Assembly (NCBI GenBank): GCA_973895155.1
Contig: OZ316896.1
Coordinates: forward strand, 21,519,643 to 21,583,642
Direction of reading: 5' to 3'
Source: Marsupella aquatica
Taxonomy: Eukaryota; Plantae; Marchantiophyta
Length of the DNA stretch: 64,000 nt
How positions within the stretch are numbered: position 1 is the stretch's first letter; each line of letters opens with the position of its first letter. The position numbers and the translations under genes are program-made. This document shows, one piece after another, positions 38,156-52,974 of the stretch. Under the pieces are notes generated by a model that made no database searches, was not told where the DNA came from, and saw nothing but the letters and a program-made list of their open reading frames with translations.

Positions 38156-41100
38156 ATGGCGACGTTGCTGATGAGACCGGGGGATGGTGGGAGTGGGGAC
38201 AAGAAGCGCCGAGCGCGGAAGGGCAAGAATGCGCAGAAAAAGCAGCCGCAACGAGGGCTGGGAGTGGCGCAGCTGGAGAAGCTGCGTCTACAAGAGCAGA
38301 GCCTCCTCTGCCCGACTCCGCCGTCGTATACTTTGCGCCTCTCCGCAACGGATTCGGATCACCACATGGCCCGGTGCGACACCGATGCTTTGTCGCAGAC
38401 TGTCCTCTCGTTGACCACTTCGAATGTGCATGGCCAAGCAGGCGGAGGGGGCTCCACCAGCAGCGTGGTGCGTGGTGCGGAAGGGGGCACCTTGTCGCGC
38501 CTAAGTTCCTTGAATGGACACTCCGCCGCCCAGAGCTGCTTGTCTCCACATCTAGCTCATGATATGAGCAAGTGCAACGTCGCTGAAGCCTTTCATGCTG
38601 CTGCCAAGGTTGCCGTGGCATCCAGGTCCTTAGCATGTCTGAGTCAGACCTCCAAATTCTCGTCCGTCAATGCTTCGTTCTTCTCGAATATGTTGACCGC
38701 CACTCAACTGCAGATACTTGAAAGCCAGGCTCAGGCTCAGCAAAAAGTGGCGGAAGAATGGAGGACAGCTGCTGCGACTGGGGTCGTAGAGCACTCTGGA
38801 AATCCTGCTCCCGCGTTCGTCTACCCTTCGGGCACCAATCACCTCAAAGAAGCTCCAGCAAATCATGTCAACAATGAAGACCTTAAGCTCCACCCGCTGT
38901 TCAAAGATCATGTACAATCCAGCGCCCTCTTAACTTCCGCTGATTTGCACTGCCTTGAATCACTGATCTGATCAGACGAGTCCCTTGTTCTAAGACCGCA
39001 TCGAGTCCATTTATCTTGTGGTTGTTCTAATACTTTTCTATGCACGCTGCTGTTCTCGACAATCATCTTCAATTGAAGTGTCTAGCCACGGCAGCTGGTT
39101 CAAACCAATTGCGTGCTCTTCTCTTCATGATCAATTGCGAATATTGATCTGGTCCGTTGTTCTAATTAGGATATTAGTCAGTCTTCTTTTGGTCAAAATC
39201 TCGTCAGCGTGCCAGTAAGTGAATGTCTTCACCAACTTATTTGTTGAATCATGAGGATTGGGCACACACCACGGAAGTACAACGCACTCGTAATATATAT
39301 CGTATTGCATCTGGTTTAGGTCGTCGCACCCACAAACATCGTGAGAACGAACTCAGCAAAGGAGCTCTCTTCTTTCCAAAACTATGCAAGTCAACAAGCA
39401 TGGCCACCGGTAGAGAAGGTAAGATCCGAATTCTCCTGTAGGCACAGAAATCACCGGAATCTGATGAGTTTGTCGAGTCAGACCTTGTCGATTCTTTTAC
39501 GCCAACCCTGCTCTTTGGTCGTCCGTGGGAGTCATATCAGTCAAATGGATGCTCGTCTCCGGGGATACCGTCAGGCTGCTTCTAGATTGGATGCCAAGAT
39601 CATATATCCAATTTGTTTGGAAGAATTTTCCATTGAATGCGTTTTAGGCAGAACATCCAGTGGGGTGGAAGACTGAAGAGGCTAGGCTTGCTCGTATGCC
39701 GTCTGGACGCCAAACACCTAGGCAGAAATTTCATGCCTTGCCCAGTCCTCGAGTTCATGACTTGGGAACTGAGATTGATTACCGTAGCGTGAGTACAGCG
39801 TTCTTGTGACTCATTTGTGTGACACGGTTGTACTCATTGTGAGTGGATTGTTCAGAGTTTTTAATATAGACTGCTTTAGATAAAGGCTGCAGAGCGATTT
39901 ATACGCGTCTTCTCAAGTCGTTTCCCCTTTCATCGTATAGCGTCAAGATTCTGACTCTACTGGCAATTTGGTACATGAATGGTACGGCTGGACGGTGGGT
40001 AGGTAGCGGGAAGGAAACGGCCATGGCTTGCTCTGCAAGAGAGTTCGAGGCACGGTTGTTACGCGCAGGCTTTAGACCTAAACGCTCCTTTCGAGGAAAC
40101 CGATGCTGCCTTCAGCGAACGCAGACCAGTCGGACGACCCAACCAAGTTCCTGAGTTTCGAGTCGGAACACACTACACAACCGGCATTGTTCGGTAATCA
40201 CGAATCACATCCTATTCCGTCTATTCCAATTTCTGCATGTTTGCCACGTCGCCGTCGCTCACTTAACAATAATTAATAAATCTAGCCATAAGTTTTCTGA
40301 GGAACCGTAACCTCCTGAATTCGGTGTGCAACGATAGTACTTACTATTGAATGATGGCCGATGTAGCACATCCATATATGATAATATTTAAAATCCGCGA
40401 TCAGGCCCACGAGATGCGCAGTAGGAGCAGTTTTGTAACTTCACCAGAGATATGATACTTGTTTAAAGATTGCCTGAAGATTGCCTACATTGATGTGGCC
40501 CTTTGACTCTCTAATCTCTAATTGATTGATTGATGTGCAGAACTGCGCTCGGTAATTCATCTCTTCCTCCCATTGCGAAGATCAAGGTGTGGTCGTCGGG
40601 GTCACACTGGCAAGACAATGAGAGTCCGTCGCATGTCACTGCGTATTTCCCTGAAATGGGGGTGTGCGCAGAGAATGCGGTAGGCTTCAGACAGTGCCCA
40701 AGCCAGTCTTCGATCAAAGATAGCTGCTCGAGCGTCACGGGTCCGAGCAGCTATTTCTCTCGTAATCGGCAGACTTCCCTCAAAGATCCTGACCACACCC
40801 CTTCCCCAGTCGTTGAGAAGGAATCAATTTGTAGTAATTTCCTCACCCTGGGCATATCGAGCTCGTCCTACCCGGATCGCAAGGGGTGGACCGAGCCTGA
40901 AGAAAGCATTCAGGACAACACCCCGACGAGCATCATGAACGATATCAACAGATTGAAGCAGCACGAGACGACCACCACAAGCGGGTGTTGTGAAGCTGAT
41001 AATCATTGTTCGCAGGTTCGGATTCCACAGGTTCGGATTTCCATCTGTACGCAGGTAAAGAGTTCTTGCTGCGCGCAGCTGGATTACAATTTCCTTTTCT

Positions 41101-42104
41101 TGCTGTGTGAGTGAGTGTAGCTGCAGCTGGGAGCTGATAAGTACTGTATTGAGGTTGTTTGGATTCCGACTTTTAGTAGATACGTAAGCATGCAGGATTG
41201 CCATGATTTGCATCGTTGCATGTATAAGCACGTGGTTGCAAATTTGCTATTGAATGTTCTTGATGTTCTAATCTTTGTCATTCTGGCTTGTCTTCACTAA
41301 TGTCCTAACTTTTCTTAGACAGGGATCCTGCTTTCCGCTAACTAGCCTCATATAGGAGGAATACTGATTGTTGAGCGCTGTCTTGTTAATGAAGCTCTTG
41401 GGATTGATATCAGCCCTACTAATAATACTCATAACTTAGATGTCATGTTTCGTCGGTAGTCTCCAGGCTCCAAATCCCAAATCCAGCAGGTGTCTGTTCT
41501 ATTTTGGGCGACATCTGACACGAAGGCGACCGCGGTTATGCATTGTGATAGAGTGGTTTTCCTTTTGACAACATCATTCATGGAACCCCGCCGATGAACG
41601 CGGTCATGGTAGAGACGTTGAAGATTATAGGAGTCTTTTTCCCAAGTTTTGACAACATGGATGGATGGATGGACATCACGCGACAAGGCGAACACGCGGT
41701 TATGCTCAGGACTCGCCATCGGCTCCACAGCCCCTGGCGAGGACTAGCAACAAGTTCCCTGGCGACGATGTTCTGATCTTTATGTGCCTTGACTTGATTG
41801 AATACAATTTCAGGAAGTAGGCGGATTTGATTTGAAGGAGGATCCGAGCCAATCCCTTTCTTTGGAATACGATTGCGGTGGCCTCATGAAGGGGAAGAGC
41901 TCCATTCTTCTACTTGATTCCCACATGGCCTCGTCGTCTCATTACAACGATAGGTTCCCCTCCTCTTTGACACCGCCGTCCATAGCCAGTAACAGCCCAA
42001 GACACCATGCAGATGAGTGTAACACTGATTACGACCCGTTCAGCAAATCTACCAGACCAATCGTGGAAGACATCCTTGACCTTCGTCTCAAACTAGCCTT
42101 ATAG
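38156..42104 (+). CDS. SPOROCYTELESS/NOZZLE-like (SPEAR family) EAR-motif transcriptional repressor, 5 exons: 38156-38911, 39320-39418, 40003-40193, 40541-41054, 41814-42104 (616 aa)
   Basis: Basic region and SPL motif KKQPQRGLGVAQLEKLRLQE; internal KELSSFQ, GRKRPW, LDLNAP and NFLTLG motifs; C-terminal EAR motif LDLRLKL. Introns are GT-AG with consistent phases (0,0,2,0), 1851 nt in total with no stops. The exon 1 donor (CAT/GTACAA) and exon 4 donor are the least certain. Confidence 0.88.
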
Positions 42105-43404
42105 ATCCCTATGCCGGGATCAATCTCTCGCACGAGCCCCGTACTCCATGTTTCCTCCAGGTGAAGTGGAGAGCTCTTCGTAGATCACCATCACTGTCAT
42201 GCAGTCAGTCAGAATTCGCATGCAGGTCCCTCTGCAAGTCAGACGATGGAGCAGAGCATGATTGTAGCCGTCCACCACTCGTGTGAAAGAAGGATGTATC
42301 TTCAATTTCAGGAAAGTTGGGCCCTAGGTTTCTCGAAAATCGCGCGCCTGAAGATCACGTGAAGTCAGTGCATTTGCATGAGGAAGGGGGCCAAATCTCC
42401 GGAGGGGTACATTTTGCGACTTAAGGAGCACTTTACATGTCTCACAGTCAGGAAGTAGGGACATTAACCATACGTTGTCCATTTGTCGGATAGATTTTGT
42501 AAATAGATTAGAAGTATTTTACATGCACAAACATCAGACACTGTAGAATTGGGAGGACCATTCCAACAGAATTTACATTACAATATTTTGTACTTTTGAG
42601 ATAATTATGTCACTGTACCATACCGAAATGACTCCACGGAAATATCAATTTGATGTGAACGATTCCTTTTCAATACGTATACTTGTTCGAAATCGAAGTT
42701 TTTGTAGTCCGTCTCTTCATTGTATTTCGACTCGTCAAGAGTTTTGGAATTAGTAAAATGTCTTCTCCTGCAATGACGTCTCCTTTCCATTTTTTTCATC
42801 TCGGTTGGCGACACTAATTGAAGTCGTGCGTCACGACGGTAACTAGCTTTGACAACTGATTAGCTCGCAAGGCCTTGCCTGGAAGTGGTTTCCCCTCCAG
42901 ACTCGTACAAGTCTCAAGACGTGCCATCCTCTCACATGATGGACGTCTCAATTCAATTAATCTCTTATACCAGGAGCTCTGTGCTCTTTACAGTCATGAG
43001 ATATATGTGCATATTTCTCTTCGGGCAATGTCTCACCACAGTCGTCATCCTGCCAAATCTTGAAAATGTACAATCTGATTGTGCACTGACCTTTGGAAGG
43101 TTTTGTGCCTGTTATCGCGAGCAAAGTGGTCACTAGTTTCGTACACCAAGCTTGGAGCGTCATATAGCGGTGAGGGCTTCTCACATCGTGCTCGCTAGAC
43201 AGATCCAACAGAAGCGTCACCCTGCCGATTGTCCGGACGGTTGTTTGGAATTCTTGTAAGTGTAGCTTACACTTGAGCCATCTTGGATCATTTCTTCATA
43301 CTCCAATTGAGGAGTCGTGCGACTCACATCGTCGCTTCTCAGGCTAGCTAGCTCTTCACAGAATGAAATTGCATGTCTTGAGTAAGTCGAGCTATCCAGA
43401 TTAG

Positions 43405-43512
43405 TGGGAGAGGACTACCGTCGCAACCGGGCCCGAAGTACGAGCGTCGCACACCGAGAGCTACTGGGGAGAGTACCGTCGCAACTGGGGAAAGTACGAG
43501 CTGCTCACACCC
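43405..43512. repeat. Degenerate ~58-bp tandem duplication, with a third diverged copy near 43588-43630
   Basis: gagag..taccgtcgcaac.ggg..aagtacgagc...cacacc twice. Confidence 0.65.
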
Positions 43513-44901
43513 GTCTAGACCAGAACACGTCTTTGCAGGAAGTCGTGCTCTAATAAAGCTATCTGAAAATCTAGACTAGATCGGTGCGGAGAGTCCATCC
43601 ATCACAACGGGGCCCAACGTACTGCAGCTCGTCCTGATCTACTATCCACACCGTGCGACAAGCAATACTGTACATTGGGCTTCTCATTGTCTGCTCTGCA
43701 CGCGAAAACCCTCTTCACCGCTGTTCATGATCGATCATGGCATGCAAAAGTCTTTCTAAAGGCAAAAATGCTTTCTAGAACCAGACGAATTGACCATCAT
43801 CTGTGGCCGTACGCATTCGGAAGTGTTCGGTTTTCTTGCAATTGTCCCCACCAACGAGTACAGTACAGGGAGAGTAGGCTGGCAGCAGCAAGTCTTTTTC
43901 TCCCATACGTGAGTTTCCCACGTATGACACCATGAGGCGTATGACTTCCTCCCTCGGTCATTCCTTCGTTCCTCCGGCAGCCGTGATCATTGAATGTGGA
44001 GGGTGGATTCCTACCTCGATGATCTCCGTAGTGTACCGTGCAAGCTTTTGAATCGTTTGGATGAACCCGAATTGAATTGAGCGAAGCGAAAATGATGTGA
44101 ATCAGCAATAAAGAGAGGGGACGCCCCCATGTGCACAGGCGACAACTTTAAGTCTGCTTTCCACCCATCCAAACAGTGAGTTCTTCTAATGATGTTAGAG
44201 AGTCGACGAACTATTAACACCATTCTCAGTCTTAAGTGCCATGCGTCCTCAGGACGTGCATTGTCGGCATTGATATGATCCAGACTTCCAAAGGGGTTGT
44301 TGACCGAAATCACCACACGAACCGAGCTGTGACTTCAACAGACTGAACGGCAATTCAGTGGTCAAATTCTTTCATTCATTATTGTGTGCTCCATCGAATG
44401 AGATCTAGCGTGATGAAATTGCAACTTACTGCACGATCGATAAACCAAGAGTCGTATTCTTTCATCCGGAGTCAAGATCTACAATTAACGTCGACAATCA
44501 ATCTTGCTTTCCCGTATTAGCCCTCAGCATTACTTCGCAGATTCGAAATCAATCTATTTCCCTCTTGTTTCGCGCAATGACTGGCCAACGAACACGCTCG
44601 AGTGCGGTACTGCGGTGCCAGCTAGAGCTAGAGTTAGATCGAGACCGGATCCGGACATCTGCAATTCCGCAGCAGCGTGCTCAGATTGAACTCACTCACA
44701 GATTGATACAACTCACTCCCACAAGGATCTTGTCCGAAGGACGAGAATTGCTGCCATGCACGCAACAGCGTCGCTACTACAGTGGTGGTAGCAGAACTCC
44801 TGCTACTATTTACTTGGAATTAGCAATTTCGTATGGGCGGCAATCACACGTACTGCATCACACAGCAATGTTGTCCAGGACAGGCTACTCAACGATCATA
44901 T

Positions 44902-44952
44902 CCACCGAAAGGTCCACCACCATTAGCCACCGAAAGGTCCACCACCATTAGC
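44902..44952. repeat. 25-bp tandem duplication
   Basis: ccaccgaaaggtccaccaccattag twice. Confidence 0.85.
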
Positions 44953-47552
44953 TATGAACCCCGCTTGCTTGCAGGATCTATTAGTGCATAACCACCGGCG
45001 TTTCAGCTCCCTGAAGCATTTTTCCCAGCTGCTGCATGAGTGCATGGGCTACAGCTTCGTGCATGCAGCAGCTCTTTCGACGCACCGCTAAATTACGTTG
45101 GGGCCCTCGGGTGGGTTGGTGGGTCGTCTCGTACCGTATCTGTGGGCCGAGGACGGCCATAGCTCCAGAAGCTTGTACCTTTCGCCAATGTGGCCGTAAA
45201 TTTCGACTTGTGAGAAGACGAGCATGCTAGTAAATATTGTTTATGAAATGTTAGTATTCATGTAATGTTAGTAGATTGAGTTTTGACCGTCAGATCTCTT
45301 TATATTTTAAGGATGATGCTTAGATTGTGGCTAATGGGGCTTGTTGATCGGATGGAAAGTGGCAAATCCCTCCCCAAACTGGCTAAACTGGCTAATGGTA
45401 ACAGTAGATAGGGAACCTACCCATTGCTTCTTTCCTCACTTGCTACTCTCAAGTACTCCCCCAAAAATGAAAAATAAGAGTTTTAGAAAATGTCACAAGT
45501 TTTAGAAAATGACCCCCAAGAGAATAAGTTGGGATCCCATGGTCTGCCAAGTCCCCGAGTGAGATGTCAAAAGTTTCTCTCCCGGACCCACAAAGTTGCC
45601 CGGACTAGCCTACTTTTGACAGTTGCCTAAATCTTACATATAGAAGATTCATTGGGTAGGAAATGCTTTGGCCATCCTTTCAAAGAAAAACATGAGTAAG
45701 AAACAAAGGCCATTTACCAAATAAACATGACTCTGATTACTAGTTAAACGTAAATAATTGTGACCAAAATGAGAAAAGTTGTTGTATATTCTAAGTTAGT
45801 CTTGTCAAATATCCTTGCCCGCATCCCTGTTTTCTGTATGCACTTTTCATTATCCCCTTGGTCTAGAGGTTTCTCTCTAGGCGTAGCCCTGACAAGTAGG
45901 TTTTTCTCCTGATTTATTAGTCATATTCTGTCTCATCCACCAAATGTAAGAAGATTTATTAATGGCTGTCTGTTTTTTTTTAATTATTAACAGCTATATG
46001 TATCCTTGGGTAGATCTGCTGGTGGATACAAATTCATACACATTCACTTTCAAATTGGCTCTCTCCTGCCAGAATAAAACAGCCGCCACTCTGAAGCGTG
46101 CTATGAAACACTTCCTAAACCCCCTCTCGCTAGATCTTCCTCTTCCTCCAACCTTAGCTCCTCTTGTTTTTCACAACACCATCTTTTCTACTACTTAGGA
46201 ATGTTCCAACAACTCCACCTTGCCAAGCAGCTTTAAAACCATTTGGCCATATAGCATACTCATAGGGGAACATGAAAAGTTATTTTGTCCTCTAGCAAAA
46301 AGTTTAAGTTTTTTAGTGAAATACAAATGATCTAATTTTTGTGTGACAAATATAAATAGGATATTGATTAGGAAGTCTGACATTGAAAAGTTGTGCACAT
46401 AAGGTACAAAAGTAAAAGTACACATGTAAAGAAAATTAATAATGAAACGAAAAAATTAAGTCTATGGTATTAGGTTCTGCACATACTATACACCAGTAAA
46501 GATATTTATGTACTTATCTTAGATTGACACTCAAATGAATAGAAACCATAAATATAGGACACAAAACTATGAGTAGAACTTAAAGATATGAGTAGTGTAC
46601 TTTAATTAGATCATTTCTTCTTCACTCATCATAATAATGGCTAGAACTTAAGTGAGCTTTGTTAAAGGGTGGATGATCAAAAGTATAGCAAAGATTGAAA
46701 AATTTAGAGGGATACCAGATTAAATTCAAAATCTAAAGGTATACAAGGGATGCACCTGACACATTGAATTAAAATACACAAGAAAAGAAGTTTGAATACT
46801 GGAATATGTATTCACCATATAGCATGCTCATCCTGGAAAAAGCCATATTTAGGGAAAGTTACTCTAGGTTTGTCAAAATGTTGTCATGAATTTTTGCAAA
46901 GCATATGGACCTCAATTTACTCACAAATGTCACAAGGAATATTACTAATATTGGTCCATCTCGATTGTGGGTTTGTGTCCATGGTCCATAGGAGCATCGT
47001 TTGCGTTATTGAAATCTTACTAGAAAATGTTGCACTAAGTCACAGGGTCTATTATATATAATCTGACTGCTCTCCTTTAATCTATGAAGATCTAATAGGC
47101 AAAAATAAATACACTTAATTTAAAATTTAAAAATATTCTTATAGGACGTAGACCGAGAGAGATGCTTAGTAGACACTTTCAGTAAAAAGTTTGCTTAATC
47201 AACCCCTCCATATTTATTTACAATCTGGATCGTTGATGAACCTTTCGATAATAGATCTGGACCGTTGATAGACCTCAAAGGGTCGATAAATAACAAGTTT
47301 CATTTTGGGGTGAATCAAGCAAACACACTCACTTAACGTAACATTCGCCACCCTGGCAAATTAATAAATACCTTAAAAATTACCCTCGTGTCCGTAAGCC
47401 CTCGGGACCCTCCCTACACGCAATCCATGGTTTGGTCCTTCCTTCCCGGTGCCGTCGGGAACTCGCATCATTAAATTAAGATATTCTTGTCCGAGGGTTC
47501 CGTAATCCCGTACACTCAAACGTACTTGGTACCTCTGCGGCTGTCCTCCTTC

Positions 47553-47908
47553 ATGCCGGGGATCTAGCATTAGTTTTCTTGCTTCAAAGACATTTTAAAT
47601 CAATGAATGGGATCGATATCAAATGACCTGCCCTGCTGCGCCAGGGTGGCAATGTTGTGCTACAAAAGGACGGATCGATGTTTACCGGGAACCAGCAATT
47701 CCAGGAGAGGGGAGGAGAGATGCCGGGGATCTAGCATTAGTTCTCCTTCTTCAAAGACATTTTAAATCAATGAATTGGATCGACCAAATGACCTGCCCTG
47801 CCGTGCCAGTATGTAAATAGTGGAACAAAAGGACGGATCGATGTTTACGGGAACCCAGCAATTTCAGGAGCGAAGAGGAGAGGAGAGGAGAGGAGAGGAG
47901 AGGAGAGG
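47553..47908. repeat. ~167-bp tandem duplication followed by a (GAGAG)n microsatellite
   Basis: atgccggggatctagcattagtt...ggacggatcgatgttta...agcaatt.caggag at 47553 and 47720. Confidence 0.88.
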
Positions 47909-50900
47909 CGGATGAGAGGTTTGCTGCATAGATTCATTTGCTGTTTGACACCCACACACACGGAGCAATTCCAGGACAGTGGCGGTGGATATTATGCCAA
48001 AACATTGATGATGTACTTACTGTGCTTTCCGAACCAACCGCGGAGCAATCTTCGCATTTGGATTTTTTTTATGACCATGAGCGGAAACCTTTTCCATTGT
48101 TCAAAGCTGTTTAGGCGAAAATGAACTTCCAACTTTGGAGCCTGGAAGATTTTGCCTACGATTGAAAGTTTACCAGAGAATAGTGAGGAACCCCCAAAAG
48201 AAGGGGACTTTTCACCCGCATTTCATTTCAGCAGGCTGTTTGCAGCATCATTGTGGTACTCCTTCTGGAGCATCGGAAGGACGGGCATGATGACAGGATT
48301 GCTCAAATAATTCCATTCAAATTACTTTCAAGATCTTCATTCACGGAAATACGGAGTATTCCGTGCCTGTTTCAGTCCATTGTACCATTTAAGCGCGTTA
48401 GACGTTCCTTTTGTCAAGTAAGTTGTTGAGAACGGAAAAAGTGTGCAAAATTATTCTCTCCGTCCTTAGTTCTGACCTCAAATGCTCGAGATGTTTCAAG
48501 TCTGAGCTTTGAAAATATACAACGGTATTAACAATGCAGGGGCAGGTCATACTTATGCAGCAGTACTGTTGAATAATCTACACTTTGCTCGAAAGCCGCA
48601 TGCAAACGGGACTGTGGAGGTCGTCAGAACACTAAGTGGGGGAGATATGTCATGCACGTACTTTAGTCTAGGCTGTTTCTTAGAAATAGAAGAAGGGAAA
48701 GGTCACTCGACATACAAAATGAAAGAATGGGACGCTTGAAAAGGAATACAGTGGCTTACTCGGATATGGATGGCGTTGATGGTGAGGTCAACTTTAGGGG
48801 GTAATTGCTTGTTGTTGTAGATACTTATAGTTGCAGGACAACCTCTCGATCCGTTCCTTCAAATACCCATGATTGGTCTCGGCGTTCTTATTAACCTTGC
48901 ATGAGATACTTCCATCAAGACAGTGCCCCACAGAATGCCTGGTTGAGGTCCGTGATCGTAAACAAGCCAGCAAATGAAGACATTTATGGCTAGCTCCTCA
49001 ATTGAGGACGAGGCGGTAACTTAATGGAGCGTATCACACGAGGGCTGTCTCTCTCTATTGTGAAGATTCTTCACGTTAGAACAGCAACACATCACACGTT
49101 CGAACGACCAAGACGAAGACTCGATCAGGTCCGTGCTCTGGTGTTCTCGTACTGTCCTTGGACGGGCCTACTACTGCGTCTTGTCATGTGGTACCTCTCC
49201 TCTCGCATGTGGGCTCTTGTTCCCAACGCAAAGTGCAGAGAATCAGAGATCGAGCGCATAATCCATGAGCTCGATACTCTCTTACTGTACTTTCTAATTT
49301 ACTGCTACTAGCTAGCTTGCTTGCTTGCTGCAGTCCTACAACTCGTTTTCATCACGGAATACGGATCTAAGGTACGTACTGTTGTTAATTTGGCCGTCTG
49401 TCGCCAGGATTTCTAATTGACTTGGCGGCACAAACCATCATCATCGTAAAATGTTTTCCCTCGTGGAAAGCTTCCACGACGGCACAACCTGCTGCGTGTC
49501 GCAAGGTACGCGTCTAATCTATTGCAATTCCAAAATTCAATACTGTTTGTAAAGATAGATGCCTACTTTATAAGGACAAGAGCAAGAAATTTGGACAAGC
49601 AGGGACTAATTAATGGTCCGTAAAAGTTTTCAAAATTGAAACTCTTTCATTTCTATAATTATTGCAAATTGACAGGACTGGTCGATTCTTTGCTTTTCAG
49701 TTCAGATTCGACGCTACTAATTCATACATCTACACTAGCTAGAAGGTAACACTGGTCTGTAGAATCTCCAGAGATCAGACTGAGTGATGGTTGGAGGGGA
49801 ATAGCAAAGGATTTCTGTTCCCCACGGAGCCCCCCACAATGGCCCTCCTTATGAAGTCGCTCAAGGGAACGATCCGAGAGTAGAGGGGGTCTGGAGAGAT
49901 GGAGGACTGACATACCAAAGCATCGTAGTCGTACACGGAGTCCAACTGGTTCTGCATCATTGTTTTCAGCGCGGAAGGATGCGGACAGTGAGTCAATTAT
50001 AGTCCTAGCAAGCAAAAATATTAACTGGGCAAGCAAAATTTTGAACAGATCATGCAAGGATATCCTAGAATATTGAAACTTGGGCATTGCTGCCTGAAGT
50101 GGGTTCATAGTGTGGTTATGGAAGTCTTGATTAACCAAGTCAAAAGTTCTGGAGAGTAGTTAAGCATCTGTTTAAAATGATCTGTTCAAAGAGAGTAGAG
50201 ATTTTGAAATATCATGCAAGCGGAAAGTGACTTTGTCCATGATGTTGCTTTTCCTCTTATTTTGAAACTTCGGTGGAGGTAGTGATGAATGTGGTCCTGC
50301 GATTAAGTGCGTGTGCCAAAGTCAGCGGTGATGGTAGGTTTGGTGCCGCTCTCTACAGATTCAAAATAAACACATGATTTGTTTATCATTTTCTAGTCTA
50401 ATGATCACGGTTGATGGAATGATCTTGCTCAATCTGTCCTGCCCAATCCTTACATATCTTGAAGGTCTTTAGCTTGACATCAAGACTAACTCGAGGGCAA
50501 GCAGATTTGGGGACCAATGAGAGCATCAAACTTATTTTTGTTTTGATACGATTGTCCATACTCATCCCAATGCAAGTGATGTTTTCTTTGGGAGGATAAA
50601 TATTGGACATGGAGAATTATTATAAACCTTCACTCTACGCGTGTTCTTCCTTAACTAAGACAAAAGAGAAATCTCAAGCTGCAAGTGACCCACAGTCTCT
50701 ATATTTTTTGTAATGTTTTAGTACAGTTATCATTACCCATACAACAAGATTCAACAGTAATGTTAAGTTATCACTGAGTCCAATACAACAAGAGTCAGGC
50801 TAACAAAGATTGAATCTGTGTGCACAACATTGTTTGAATGAAATTGTGAGGGGCTGGAATTTTGCTGTGCCACCAGAAAATGTTCTAAAAACTATGAAAA

Positions 50901-52974
50901 TTTTGCTCATGGAAATGATGGTGCTCACAGGTTGAACATAGTGAAGAGTCATTGATCGAGGACCATAGCACTGATCCCGTTTGCTGTAGACAGATCAGGA
51001 TTGGGAGTCTGCCGAACGATGACTTCTCGGGAGTCAACATTGCTGGGCTCAATGTTCACGCCGTATCCAATGCAATGCCTGTTCACAGCCCCAGAACAAA
51101 CAGCCCTCCTAGGACGTACTTTTTGTTTTGAACCCCAAGAAGGAGCAGGACGTGGTGCTATAGCAGGTCTCCTACTACCGCCACCACCTGTATCATTCTC
51201 TCTCAAAGAAGAAGATTCTCTTTGCCTCTCTATATAAGAGAAGGCAGATTTTCATCCAATTGAAGTCTGGAAATTCATCTGGACCCCGAGGCTCTCTCCT
51301 TTTATCCTCCCTAAACCTTAGTGCACGTACTTGAGGTAGATATCTACGCTGGTAGGAGACCCTCCGTGCGCCTGCAACTCCATATGAAGAACTCTTTCTG
51401 TGAATGTAACCATATGTCAGTATCAAAGCGGAGCACCAGCTCAAGCTTGTCTGAAATGGGGCCGTGTGAAAGGCGAAAACACATGCAGATAAAGGAAGGA
51501 CTACAATCTTACTTATACAATCTTACTTATAAAGCACCAAGTGCCAACTACAAGCTAGAGTTTCAATCTTACTTATAAAGCACCAATTAGTTAGAGTGGG
51601 GCCCCATAGTAAAAAATAGAGAGAAAGAAGTGCATGTTTTGGAATCCACTCTCAAACTACTCAAATTATGCTTGTCTGGAATGCATACCTTGAACAGGGA
51701 CAATTAGCTTGACCTAAATGACAATCAGGACAGAGCATTTTGTTGTGGGTCTAAATTAAGCTTGAATGTGTGACGATCTATCAACCTAGTCGACGGATTC
51801 ACTTTTAGAACTGTACGCTCCAAAGATTTGGTGACAAGACTGCAAGATTCCTGAGTATTCAATTTGGCAGCGAAGCATGGTTCAGGTTGTCGCAGCACTG
51901 AAAATTTTGGATTCGCTAGTGGATTCATTCATGGTGGAATCAACAACAAAATAACATTCTTTGTAGCAGAATGAGCTGCGGGAGCTTGGTGGACCACAGT
52001 GCGGTAGGCCTGCTCCTTAGCTATACTGTAAACCGTAGTTAGCTTCCTCCCCGGCCAAGAACCAGGACGCCACATCGTATGGCGAGAGGGAGAGACAGAG
52101 AGACAGAGAAACAGAGCACCCGACGACGTTCCCACATTGCGTCATCTGCTGTACATCTCTACATCGATCCAGCCAGCAGTTCCCCTAACCCTCCCTTCAT
52201 CCGCAACTCTTTCTCCCTCCAATGATCCGGCCGCTTTCTGCTTTCCTAGCGTAGTATGATTTTTGTGGAGTCATTTCCGTCTGCTCTGCTTAATTCTAAA
52301 GGTTTGAGCCTCTGATGCAAGGACTCAACATGCATTTCTCACTGAATTTGTGGAGAATTGTGTTCTGTTGGAATCGATTGTTTGGGTTAAAATTACACAA
52401 ATGAATACATTTCTGTGGTGCGTAAGCACAAGCACACGAAAGCAAAGAAGGAAAGGAAAAAAAGTCGCTTTGGTTTAAAGAAATGCAGCACGGACATGAA
52501 GGTACGTACACTACAAACAAAATTAGTGTGATCCCATCTGGCCCTATAAATCTTGTCAGGTAACGGACTGGAAATTTTATTACTGCCTTCCCAACAAAAA
52601 TTGGAACATATTGGAAATCTTCAGAACTCGATCGGAAAGTTTTGCCTTGAATGATATGATTGCGCAATTCAGTAGTCTTGTAAGCCGAGTATCATGAATG
52701 TTGCTGATAACGAATGAAAGTAATTGGTCAGATGCAGAGTTCTGGAAGTGGAAAGCAAATGCTCGAGTATTGAAGCAACATTTTAGATGAGCCACTGAGA
52801 AGAAGGTGATCCAAAGGGTGGAAAGAAAAAGCTGCTTCTGAGAAGAAAGGAGTTGAGGAGAAGACTAAGATTGGCAGCTTCAGGTCTCGTAGTTTTCCCC
52901 ATCGTTCTCAAGAACGTTGTGTGTTTGTCATGTCTTCTAATAGAGCTTGTGATCGAGTTGTCGGGTGACGGTCT

